This document shows, in pieces, positions 19,101 through 26,878 of a stretch of DNA of 64,000 nucleotides. The stretch's first letter is position 1; each line of letters starts with the position of its first letter. The notes under the pieces are model-generated. The model made no database searches. It saw only the letters and a list, made by a program, of their open reading frames with translations, and was not told where the DNA came from. This DNA comes from an uncultured bacterium (GTDB taxonomy: Bacteria; Verrucomicrobiota; Kiritimatiellia; RFP12; UBA1067). The translations under genes and the position numbers were made by a program. The stretch covers positions 3,788 through 67,787 of the forward strand of contig CADCCW010000007.1 in assembly GCA_902800055.1 (NCBI GenBank), given 5' to 3'.

Positions 19101-19259
19101 CTTTGGGACAAGCTGAACAACGAGTTCCATCCAGGCGTCGGGGACTGCTTCTTCGGTGGCTCCGTCGTTTCAAAACTGCTGCCGGACGCTTACGAGACAC
19201 ACCTTGCGGCAGACGCAATCAGGGTGACGTCGCCCGGTTTCTTTATTTACCTCTACTAA
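16161..19259 (+). CDS. giant secreted protein P2: BspA-type leucine-rich repeats plus two copies of the DFVP jelly-roll-like module
   Basis: Signal peptide MNGVKNLACMVVLSVAVALGAASALAGEWT is similar to P1. LRR_5-like FYNCTALKRVVLDCPKLYSLGQNVYGNCTAL. Two modules end in CYYLKMWENG...LVRDFVPIKDALGHGALYD and CYYLKVYSDG...LVRDFVPARRGGVLGLWD. C-terminus is GFFIYLY*. Confidence 0.85.
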   Translation: MNGVKNLACMVVLSVAVALGAASALAGEWTYDASTNPKTISDGNWTIALLDADLENGMVQLGNITAGSGVLDLRDLTVDGHRVTSIMFHPNSGAYATSWKTWNISDFLIDAFDSVADDRHNTLVFGGNANIKNIEISGGNVTSFSTELSGMTGLTNVVIRLPSLQTFGASNQNSGFYNCTALKRVVLDCPKLYSLGQNVYGNCTALEGDVGDYIPPSVTNFWQNLQFTAAGVTGTLVLTNLQSVNYMNFSGIGDTKITFTGTSLAGSQMFRQRWGDVTLIAPELTNMVFNKSYVWSSCTITNFTFYLPKLETTVALGSSVKTVTFLNAAPEKSLVQTLAGNFTASNYGIDKIGKIYCSKYMGWQGVADAMTIAEDLSRYKPDGCFGVLHDTNGKTRAWLVHRNSPYEPRLGLSVSGDAITVTVPAGIIAATNRLALCWGASDAGESFGNWDHSAIFSEEVTPTGGVWTISAAANGIVAGSVLRPCLVESYKVVEYAETTSTKTLAVNTGVRAKTGLHVKTKMRWFALGDIEFCGGRYAGGDYTRMYAIHAMSSKWLIGHRGVTVVGSAISIGTDYEVESKMYLGSQTMSVDGVQVCAMTDNSEVDTAGPCAVFAACYPGEASPYALPTYSRCYYLKMWENGNTTDNPEGDLVRDFVPIKDALGHGALYDKVTGKVFKSVYFGTGTTEYLAVGDETGDEVSEMTVVGAAVCYNPAGTGTGDFYATLDGRTLTITVNPAAVMNGATALCVGSDANDQGSDANNWAQVVVVARRVPFFGGVYRVNLKDAGVTNAVVRPFLAQVTETEELSYLRSVNVGLNSHVRTGVPAKSGTRVVTRMSWDSTAANKSDQSYFGAKVSGVGTRLLLIHYYNQWGMGYDVGIWNKGAVTDGKVCDVEVKAYAGYQMLKVDGTELYSGSNSTELDFSPTDFTVFACNYTGATLGLASASTCYYLKVYSDGDETTNPDGTLVRDFVPARRGGVLGLWDKLNNEFHPGVGDCFFGGSVVSKLLPDAYETHLAADAIRVTSPGFFIYLY

Positions 19260-19266
19260 AACCGAG

Positions 19267-19644
19267 ATGACGATCAACCGGAGAGATTTTGTAGGCGGGC
19301 TTGCCGCGGCATTCGCGTTCGGCTGCCCGGGGTGGCAGGCCGCGCGGGCGGCGGGGCTGGCGCAGGGCGCGCGGCGGCTCAGGTTCGGCGTCCTCAGCGA
19401 CGTGCACATCTACAGCGCGGCGGACGTGCCGTACTTCACGCGCGCGCGCGACTATGTGCCGGCGGTGCTGGACGGAGTCGCCGGGATGTACGACCGCCAG
19501 AACAAAACCTTCACCGCAAGCGCCGGCACGGGCGCGTTCCAGTACGGCGCGGTCACGAATGTCGCCGGCTATGTCCGGACGACGCTATGCGCGTCGCCGT
19601 CTGCTGAAATGATTGGCAGCAGATTCCTGTTCATCGTCAAATAG
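19267..19644 (+). pseudogene. chimeric remnant: Tat signal plus metallophosphoesterase N-terminus fused to the tail of a P-family module
   Basis: MTINRRDFVGGLAAAFAFG is a twin-arginine signal. RLRFGVLSDVHIY is metallophosphatase motif I only. Then RDYVPAVLDGVAGMYDRQNKTF...GTGAFQYG...GSRFLFIVK* is colinear with the last ~66 aa of P2. Confidence 0.5.
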
Positions 19645-19752
19645 GCGGTAATTCCGTCAGTTCGCGAAGCCGATGTCGCGGAGCGCCGCAAGTAGTGCCG
19701 CGGCCAGCCCCGCGCGACATGGTCCCGCTCGACGCCGTGACCCTGTGATTTT

Positions 19753-19761
19753 TGGTATAAT
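19753..19761 (+). promoter_or_regulatory. extended -10 promoter (TGGTATAAT), leaderless fhs
   Basis: The hexamer ends 7 nt before ATG 19769. Confidence 0.6.
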
Positions 19762-19768
19762 ACAGCCT

Positions 19769-21532
19769 ATGAAACTAGATCCAACGAAGATGAAGGACTG
19801 GGAGGTCGCCGAGGCCGCCGAGGGTGGAATGCGCCCGGCGGCAGATCTCCTGGCCGAACTGGGGGTTGAACAGGGCGAATGGGATGCCTACGGCACCTAT
19901 CTCGCCAAGGTGGACGCGACGAAGGTGCTGCGGCGTCTCGGGGAGAAGAAGCGCGCGAAGTACATCGACGTCACCGCCATCACCCCGACTGCGCTCGGCG
20001 AGGGCAAGACCACGACGACGCTCGGGCTCGTCGAGGGGCTCGGCCGCCTCGGCAAGCGCGTGATCGGCTGCGTGCGCCAGCCTTCCGGCGGCCCGACCTT
20101 CAACATCAAGGGGTCCGCGGCCGGCGGCGGGCTCGCCCAGGTGATTCCGCTGACCTCGCTCTCGCTGGGGCTGACCGGTGACATCGACGCGATCACCAAC
20201 GCCAACAACCTGGCGATGGTGGCGCTCAACTCGCGCATGCAGCACGAGCGCAACCACGACGACGCCTGGCTCGCCGAGCGCGGGCTGAAGCGGCTCGACA
20301 TCGACCCGGAGCGCATCCAGTTCCGCTGGGCGATGGACTTCTGCGCGCAGGGGCTGAGGAACATCGAGATCGGCCGCGGCGGCAAGCTGGACGGCTTCAA
20401 CTGCAATTCCGGCTTCTACATCACCGTCGCCTCCGAGGTGATGGCGATCCTCGCGATGAGCGCCGACCTCGCCGACCTCCGGGCGCGGCTCTCGAAGATA
20501 GTCGTCGCCTACTCGAAGTCCGGCGCGCCGGTGACGACGAAGGACCTCGAGGTCGACGGCGCGATGTGCGCGCTGCTCGTCAACGCGATCAAGCCGACGC
20601 TGATGCAGTCCATCGAGGGCCAGCCGGTGTTCGTGCACGCCGGGCCCTTCGCCAACATCGCCATCGGACAGAACTCGGTCGTCGCCGACCGGCTTGCCTG
20701 CGCGCTCGGCGACTACGTGGTGACGGAGAGCGGCTTCGCCAGCGACATGGGCTACGAGAAGTTCTGGAACATCAAGTGCCGCTGCTCGGGGCTCAAGCCC
20801 GACGCGGTGGTGCTGGTGGCGACGGTACGCGCGCTCAAGGCGCACGGCGGCGCGCCCAAGGTGAAGGCGGGGCTGCCGCTCGACCCGGCGTACACCACCG
20901 AGAACCTGGAGCTGCTGGAGAAGGGCTGTGACAACCTGCTCGCGCACATCGACATCATCCGCCGCTCGGGCGTGCAGCCGGTCGTCTGCCTCAACGCGTT
21001 CTACACCGACACCCCGGCCGAGCGCGCGCTGGTGAAGTCCTTCGCCGAGCGCGCCGGCGCGGCGTTCGCCGTCTCCGACCACTGGCTGAAGGGCGGCGAG
21101 GGCGCGCTCGAGCTCGCCGAGGCGGTGGTGAAGGCGTGCAGCGAGCCGAACTCGTTTGAATACCTCTGCGACCTCGACGAGCCGATCTCGGCGCGGATCG
21201 AGAAGCAGGTGAAGGAGGTCTACGGCGGCGACGGGGTGGACTACGAGCCCGCGGCGCTCGAGAAGCTCCGGCGCTTCGAGGCTGACCCCGAGACCGCGCG
21301 GCTCCCGGTCTGCATGGCCAAGACGCAATACTCGCTTTCGCACGACCCGGCGCTCCTGGGGCGGCCGAAGGGCTGGCGGCTGCCGGTCAAGGACATCCTC
21401 ATCTACAGCGGCGCGGGGCTGCTGGTGCCGGTCGCCGGCGAGATCAAGCTCATGCCCGGCACCTCCGCCTCGCCCGCCTACCGCAAGATCGACGTCGACG
21501 TTGAGACCGGCCGCGTGCGCGGGCTGTTCTGA
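19769..21532 (+). CDS. fhs: formate--tetrahydrofolate ligase
   Basis: MKLDPTKMKDWEVAE..., TPTALGEGKTTTTLGL P-loop, and conserved C-terminal KLMPG/PAY region. 587 aa. Confidence 0.93.
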   Translation: MKLDPTKMKDWEVAEAAEGGMRPAADLLAELGVEQGEWDAYGTYLAKVDATKVLRRLGEKKRAKYIDVTAITPTALGEGKTTTTLGLVEGLGRLGKRVIGCVRQPSGGPTFNIKGSAAGGGLAQVIPLTSLSLGLTGDIDAITNANNLAMVALNSRMQHERNHDDAWLAERGLKRLDIDPERIQFRWAMDFCAQGLRNIEIGRGGKLDGFNCNSGFYITVASEVMAILAMSADLADLRARLSKIVVAYSKSGAPVTTKDLEVDGAMCALLVNAIKPTLMQSIEGQPVFVHAGPFANIAIGQNSVVADRLACALGDYVVTESGFASDMGYEKFWNIKCRCSGLKPDAVVLVATVRALKAHGGAPKVKAGLPLDPAYTTENLELLEKGCDNLLAHIDIIRRSGVQPVVCLNAFYTDTPAERALVKSFAERAGAAFAVSDHWLKGGEGALELAEAVVKACSEPNSFEYLCDLDEPISARIEKQVKEVYGGDGVDYEPAALEKLRRFEADPETARLPVCMAKTQYSLSHDPALLGRPKGWRLPVKDILIYSGAGLLVPVAGEIKLMPGTSASPAYRKIDVDVETGRVRGLF

Positions 21533-21554
21533 CGAGCAGACGGGGGGAAAGGAC

Positions 21555-22907
21555 ATGGTTAAGTCGAAGATAGCGATGTACACGCTGGCAGTGCTGCTGG
21601 CGGCCGGGTGCGCCACGAGGCGTGCTGACTTCCGCGAGGTGATCCGCGAGACGACTGACCGGGTGTTTCCTTCGCTCGTCTACGTGCGCGTCGTCTGCGA
21701 GGACCTCTCGTCGGGCAAGAACGAGCGGCACGAGGCGTCCGGCTCGGGCGTGGTGGTGTCAGAGGACGGCGAGGTGCTCACCAACCACCACGTGGTCGAC
21801 AAGGCGACTGAGATCAGGTGTCTGCTTTCCGGCGGCGAGTCGTGTACCGCGAAGGTAATCGGATTCGACAAGGACATGGACATCGCGCTCCTCAGGCTCG
21901 AGCGTCCGGCCGGCGCGCCGCCGCTACGCGCGGCGAAGCTCTCCACCCGCGCGGTGAAGCGCGGCGACGTAGTACTGGCGATGGGCGCGCCGTGGGGACT
22001 GGCGCGCTCGGTGACGATGGGCATCATCAGCTGCACCGACCGCTACCTAGATGGCGCGGGGCAGTACACACTCTGGTACCAGACGGATGCGGCGATCTCG
22101 CCGGGCAACTCGGGCGGGCCGCTGGTTGACACCTTCGGCGAGGTGGTGGGCGTCAACGCGCGAGGCATAATACTCGGCGGCCAGGCGTTCACCATACCCT
22201 CGACGGCGATCCTCGAGGTGCTGCCGCATCTGCGGAAGAGCGGCGGCGCCAACTGGAGCTGGTTCGGATTCAAGCTTCAGCCGCTCAACGACTTTGACCA
22301 CAACATGCGCTTCCCCTGGGAAAACGGCGTCATGGTGGCGGGAACCGACGCCGGCAGCCCGGCGCGCAAGGCCGGCTTCCTGCCCAGCGACCGGATCGTG
22401 GCGGTTGACGGCAAGCCGGTAACCATCCTCAACGCCGAGGACTTGCCAGCGTTTGAGCGGCGCATCGGCCGCATGCCGTTCGGCAAGGAAGTGGTCTTCT
22501 GCGTCGAGCGCGACGGAAAGGCACTGGACATCTCCGTCGCTCCATGCGAGAAGGGGCGTGTCGAGGGCGAGCAGAAGGCATACGAGCGCTGGGGACTCAC
22601 GGTCAAGGAGATCAACCAGTTCGCCGATCCAGACCTTGCGTTCTTCGCGCCAGAGGGCGGGCTATACGTAGCCGCGACATCGTGGGAAGGCAACGCGTCG
22701 GTCTGCGGGCTTCGGCGGCGGGACGTGATTGTCTCGGTGGACGGAACCAGGGTGAAGACTCTCGCCGACCTCGACAAAATCTACGAGGCAGCGCTCCGCG
22801 ACCTGCCCGGACGCTACAAGATGCGCATCGACGTCTCCCGCAAGGGACGCGACATGCAGTTCGTGCTCAACTACCTCGAGGACACCGAGAAGGAGGACGT
22901 GGAATGA
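21555..22907 (+). CDS. htrA: HtrA/DegP family serine protease lipoprotein (S1C) with PDZ domains
   Basis: Lipobox LLAAGC. Catalytic contexts are TNHHVV, DMDIALLRL and GNSGGPLVD. Two PDZ-like segments (GSPARKAGFLPSDRIVAVDG; CGLRRRDVIVSVDG). Confidence 0.88.
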   Translation: MVKSKIAMYTLAVLLAAGCATRRADFREVIRETTDRVFPSLVYVRVVCEDLSSGKNERHEASGSGVVVSEDGEVLTNHHVVDKATEIRCLLSGGESCTAKVIGFDKDMDIALLRLERPAGAPPLRAAKLSTRAVKRGDVVLAMGAPWGLARSVTMGIISCTDRYLDGAGQYTLWYQTDAAISPGNSGGPLVDTFGEVVGVNARGIILGGQAFTIPSTAILEVLPHLRKSGGANWSWFGFKLQPLNDFDHNMRFPWENGVMVAGTDAGSPARKAGFLPSDRIVAVDGKPVTILNAEDLPAFERRIGRMPFGKEVVFCVERDGKALDISVAPCEKGRVEGEQKAYERWGLTVKEINQFADPDLAFFAPEGGLYVAATSWEGNASVCGLRRRDVIVSVDGTRVKTLADLDKIYEAALRDLPGRYKMRIDVSRKGRDMQFVLNYLEDTEKEDVE

Positions 22908-25144
22908 AGACCACGGCGACGGCTCTGGCTGCGCTTCTGGCGCTGGCGGCGGTGGATGGATTCGCCGCGGAAGAGGGAAAGGTCGACTCGCCGTCGGCGA
23001 GGCGCGAGCGCATCGCGACGCTCGACCGGGAGTTCTCGAATTCGTGCGCGCTCGTGCGAACGTGGCTGAGGTCGGACGAGGACGGCGAGCCGCCGGACTT
23101 CGGGATCAGGTATCTTTGTCCCAACTGTTGTAATTACCACACGATTTCGGCGAGCGAACTGCTCGGTGACGAGCGGCCGATAGAGGGTGCGGCGTTCGCT
23201 GTCGCGCAGGACCGTTTCCTGGTGCAGGACGTGCACTTGAAGTCTAACTGGGTGGAGCGGGCGGAAATCGTCTTTGAGGGCGAGGTCTACGCCGCGAGGC
23301 CGGTCTCGCGCTATCCGGCGGAGAAGGCGGTGGAGATGAGGACTGAGCGTCCGGTGAGCGGAGTAAGACCGCTTGTCTTCTCGCGGCGGATCGACTTCGC
23401 CGACGACGCCGGCGGAGTCTACTACTACCGTGCGAGGGAGAAGGGCCTCGACTGCCGCGGAATGAAGCCGAGCGCGCTTGCGGACTTCACGCGCTACGCC
23501 GACATAGGGCTGGACGTTTCCGCCGCGGTAGCCAACGCCATCGCGGTCAACTCCTCCAACGAGGCCGCCACGGTGTCGTTCCGCAGCCGCTTCGCGCATG
23601 GGCGCGACAGCTTCGAACCTCCGTCCGAGTGGAAGGGCGAGGATCCAGCCTTCTTCGACGGACGTTGGGCGGCGGCGGAGCGCGAGGCCACGATGCGTGC
23701 GCTGCCTGTCTACATACACCTCGACGACGAGGACAACCGACGCAACGGCTTTACGCGTCACTACTCCAGATACCGCAGCGACTCCGACTCCACTGACCTC
23801 GACATGGTTGGCGTGCTGCTGCCCGACGGCGAGGTGCTGGTGTGGCTTTCGCTTGACGCGAGCAAGATGAGCGAGATTGACAAGATCGAGGCGACGCTTC
23901 CCGACGGTTCCAAGGCGCCGCTCGAGTTCGTGGGTGCGTTCGCCGACTACAAGCTGGCGGTGCTCGCGTTCGCAGACGGCAAGACCCCCGCCGGCTGCGA
24001 GCCGGCGACGCTCTCGGCCCGGCGGGTGGAAACGCGCTTCCTCGAGGACGCCTGGGTCGCCAAGGCGCAGAACTTCAACGGCAAGGTGAGGATGCGCCTT
24101 GCGAGGGCAGAGCTGGACGAGTTTAGAGTCATTCGTGGAGGCGAGGCGGCGCCGGTCGGCGACATCTACCCACGGCGCGGCGCAGTCGGGGCGCTGGTGT
24201 TCGGGGACGGCACCCTCGGCGGTATCGTGGCGGATCGCCGGTCAGGGGAGCGATACTCCGGCGACAATGAGTTCGTGAGCGCGGCACGGCTTGCGAAGCT
24301 GCTCGGGGAGCGTGACTTCGACCCGCAATTTGCCATCCGCAAGGGCAAAGACCGCATACGCGTGGCCTGGATAGGAGTAGAGACCCAGCGGCTCACAGAC
24401 GACATTGCGCGTGAGCGAAGGGTGACGGCTCTCCTTTCGGCGGCTAACACGAGCGGCGCGCTGGTGACACGCGTCTGGCCCGGGACGCCGGCTGTTGCGG
24501 CGGGGCTGAAGGAAGGAGATGTGCTGCTTACGGTGCGGCTTGCGAAGTCCCACCGCCAAGTGCAGCTATCAGACAACGACACATCCGGCGGCTTCGACAT
24601 ATCGGACTACTTTGACTCCGAGGATTTTGGCGGAGGGATGTTCTCGTCAATGGGCGCGGTTGCGCCGTGGCCTAACGTCGAAAGCGGGGTCAATGCGGAA
24701 TTCACCAGGCTCGGCATCGGCAAGGACGTGGTGGTGGCCTACGCACGCGATGGCGAGAGGCGCGAGGCGGCGATGAAGCTTGAACAGGCTCCAGTCCACT
24801 TCCAGACCGCGAAGCGGATTAAGAACAAGGAACTGGGCATTAAGGTCGCTGATATGACCTTCGAGGTGCGAGGCTACTTTAAGTTAGGCGATGACGCGCC
24901 AGGTGTTGTGGTCGAGAAGGTTCAGCCTGGCCACCCGGCGGCGATCGCGGGGGTGCGACCGCTCGAGATCATAACCCATGTCAACGGCGAGCCGGTGATG
25001 AGCGCGAAGGACTTCGCGAAGAAGGCGAAGTCGTCGCGTACGATCACATTATCTATTCGGAGGCTCGCGGCGACGCGGGTGGTGAGAATCGAGCTCAAGG
25101 AGCAGGAGAAGAAGGAAGGCGAAGTCAAGGAGGCCCAGAAATGA
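22904..25144 (+). CDS. secreted PDZ domain protein (HtrA-associated, no recognisable catalytic triad)
   Basis: ATGA overlap with htrA. Signal peptide is MKTTATALAALLALAAVDGFA. Two C-terminal PDZ-like segments (GTPAVAAGLKEGDVLLTV; GHPAAIAGVRPLEIITHVNG). A CPNCC motif lies near the N-terminus. Confidence 0.6.
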   Translation: MKTTATALAALLALAAVDGFAAEEGKVDSPSARRERIATLDREFSNSCALVRTWLRSDEDGEPPDFGIRYLCPNCCNYHTISASELLGDERPIEGAAFAVAQDRFLVQDVHLKSNWVERAEIVFEGEVYAARPVSRYPAEKAVEMRTERPVSGVRPLVFSRRIDFADDAGGVYYYRAREKGLDCRGMKPSALADFTRYADIGLDVSAAVANAIAVNSSNEAATVSFRSRFAHGRDSFEPPSEWKGEDPAFFDGRWAAAEREATMRALPVYIHLDDEDNRRNGFTRHYSRYRSDSDSTDLDMVGVLLPDGEVLVWLSLDASKMSEIDKIEATLPDGSKAPLEFVGAFADYKLAVLAFADGKTPAGCEPATLSARRVETRFLEDAWVAKAQNFNGKVRMRLARAELDEFRVIRGGEAAPVGDIYPRRGAVGALVFGDGTLGGIVADRRSGERYSGDNEFVSAARLAKLLGERDFDPQFAIRKGKDRIRVAWIGVETQRLTDDIARERRVTALLSAANTSGALVTRVWPGTPAVAAGLKEGDVLLTVRLAKSHRQVQLSDNDTSGGFDISDYFDSEDFGGGMFSSMGAVAPWPNVESGVNAEFTRLGIGKDVVVAYARDGERREAAMKLEQAPVHFQTAKRIKNKELGIKVADMTFEVRGYFKLGDDAPGVVVEKVQPGHPAAIAGVRPLEIITHVNGEPVMSAKDFAKKAKSSRTITLSIRRLAATRVVRIELKEQEKKEGEVKEAQK

Positions 25145-25773
25145 GCAGGCTGAAGATCGGGGTGTTGGGTTCGGGCTCGGGCTCGAACATGCAGTCGATA
25201 GTCGACGAGATCGAGGCGGGGCGGCTCGACGCGGAGGTGCGGGTGGTGCTCGCCGACGTGCCGGACGCGAAGATCCTCGATCGCGCGAAGAGGCACGGCA
25301 TTCCCTGCCAGTATCTCGACTGCGCGCCGTGGAAGACTAAGCTCGAAGGCCAGGCGGAAGACCGCTGCATCGAGATCCTCAGGGGCGCGGGCGTCGACAC
25401 GGTGGTCCTCGCCGGCTTCATGCGCATCGTCAAGCCGGGGCTCCTGGCGGCGTTTCCGAACCGCGTCCTCAACATCCACCCCGCGCTGCTGCCGGCGTTC
25501 CCTGGCGTCCACAGCTGGAAGCAGGCGCTCGACTACGGCTGCAAGGTGGCGGGGGTTACGGTGCACTTCGTGGACGGCGGCACCGACACCGGCCCGATCA
25601 TCGTGCAGAAGGCGGTGCCGGTCCTCGAGGACGACACGCCCGAGACCCTGCACGCGCGCATCCAGGTCGAGGAGCACAAGGCGTTCCCCGAGGCGCTTGC
25701 GCTCCTCGCCGCCGGCCGGCTCTCCGTCGAAGGCCGCCGGGTCCGGATTGGGGATATTTCCAAAGGCAACTAA
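25141..25773 (+). CDS. purN: phosphoribosylglycinamide formyltransferase
   Basis: ATGA overlap. KIGVLGSGSGSNMQSI, NIHPALLPAFPG, TVHFVDGGTDTGPII. Confidence 0.92.
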   Translation: MSRLKIGVLGSGSGSNMQSIVDEIEAGRLDAEVRVVLADVPDAKILDRAKRHGIPCQYLDCAPWKTKLEGQAEDRCIEILRGAGVDTVVLAGFMRIVKPGLLAAFPNRVLNIHPALLPAFPGVHSWKQALDYGCKVAGVTVHFVDGGTDTGPIIVQKAVPVLEDDTPETLHARIQVEEHKAFPEALALLAAGRLSVEGRRVRIGDISKGN

Positions 25774-25798
25774 CACCACTAAGCGAAAGGAAGGCGAC

Positions 25799-26878
25799 AT
25801 GGCAACTGGATGCGACAGAAGGGCGTTCATCGGCGGCGCGGCGGCGGCGCTGGCGGCGGGATGCGTGGGACCGGCGGCGAAGGATGCGGCGGACGCCGCG
25901 GCGCTGGCGGCGACGCGGAAGTGGTTCAAGGACGCCCAGTTCGGGATGATGGCCCACTGGGGGCTCTATACGCTGCTCGGCGGCGAATGGAACGGCAAGC
26001 CCGGCGTGCGCGCCTACGGCGAGTGGATTCAGTACGGCAACAAGATCCCGCTGAAGGACTACTCCGCGCTTGCCAAGGCGTTCAACCCGGTGCTGTTCGA
26101 CCCGCTCGACTGGATGAAGCGCGCCCGCGACGCGGGGATGAAGTACTTCGTCATCACCTCCAAGCACCATGACGGCTTCGCGCTCTACCGCTCGAAGGTG
26201 TCGAAGTACAACGTGGTGGACGCGACGCCGTTCGGTCGCGACATCATCGAGGAGATCGCCGAGGCCTGCCGCGCCACCGGCATCAAGCTCGGCCTCTACT
26301 ACTCCCAGGACCTCGACTGGAGCGACCCCGACGGCGGCGGGCTCAAGAACGCCACCGCCAAGGTCAACTGGGGCGACGAGGACTGGCGCAACACCTGGGA
26401 CTGGCCGGCCGACCGCGGCTACGACTTCACCCGCTACTTCGAGCGCAAGTGCAAGCCCCAGGTGCAGGAGATCCTCACCCAGTACGGCGACCTCTGCCTG
26501 ATCTGGTTCGACGTTCCCTGCACCATCACCGAGGAGCAGTGCCTGGAGCTCAAGGGCATGGTGCGCCGCTACCAGCCCGGCTGCCTCATCAACGGCAGGC
26601 TCGGCTACGGCCTCGGCGACTACCAGACGCCGGGCGACAACATGATCGCCGACAAGACCGAGGCCGGGGTGCTCTACGAGACCGTGGGCACGATGAACGA
26701 CTCGTGGGGGTATCGTCCGACCGACACCCACTACAAGACCGTGGCGGAGATCCTCAAGATCAAGGCCGACTGCGCCAAGATCGGCTCGAACTACATGCTC
26801 AACATCGGTCCCGATCCGCTCGGGCGCATTCCGGTCGCGGGCATCCAGATCCTCGACGGCCTCGCCAAGGCGAGATAA
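25799..26878 (+). CDS. alpha-L-fucosidase (GH29)
   Basis: Signal/lipobox MATGCDRRAFIGGAAAALAAGC. WFKDAQFGMMAHWGLY and YFVITSKHHDGFALY are GH29 hallmarks. Confidence 0.85.
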   Translation: MATGCDRRAFIGGAAAALAAGCVGPAAKDAADAAALAATRKWFKDAQFGMMAHWGLYTLLGGEWNGKPGVRAYGEWIQYGNKIPLKDYSALAKAFNPVLFDPLDWMKRARDAGMKYFVITSKHHDGFALYRSKVSKYNVVDATPFGRDIIEEIAEACRATGIKLGLYYSQDLDWSDPDGGGLKNATAKVNWGDEDWRNTWDWPADRGYDFTRYFERKCKPQVQEILTQYGDLCLIWFDVPCTITEEQCLELKGMVRRYQPGCLINGRLGYGLGDYQTPGDNMIADKTEAGVLYETVGTMNDSWGYRPTDTHYKTVAEILKIKADCAKIGSNYMLNIGPDPLGRIPVAGIQILDGLAKAR

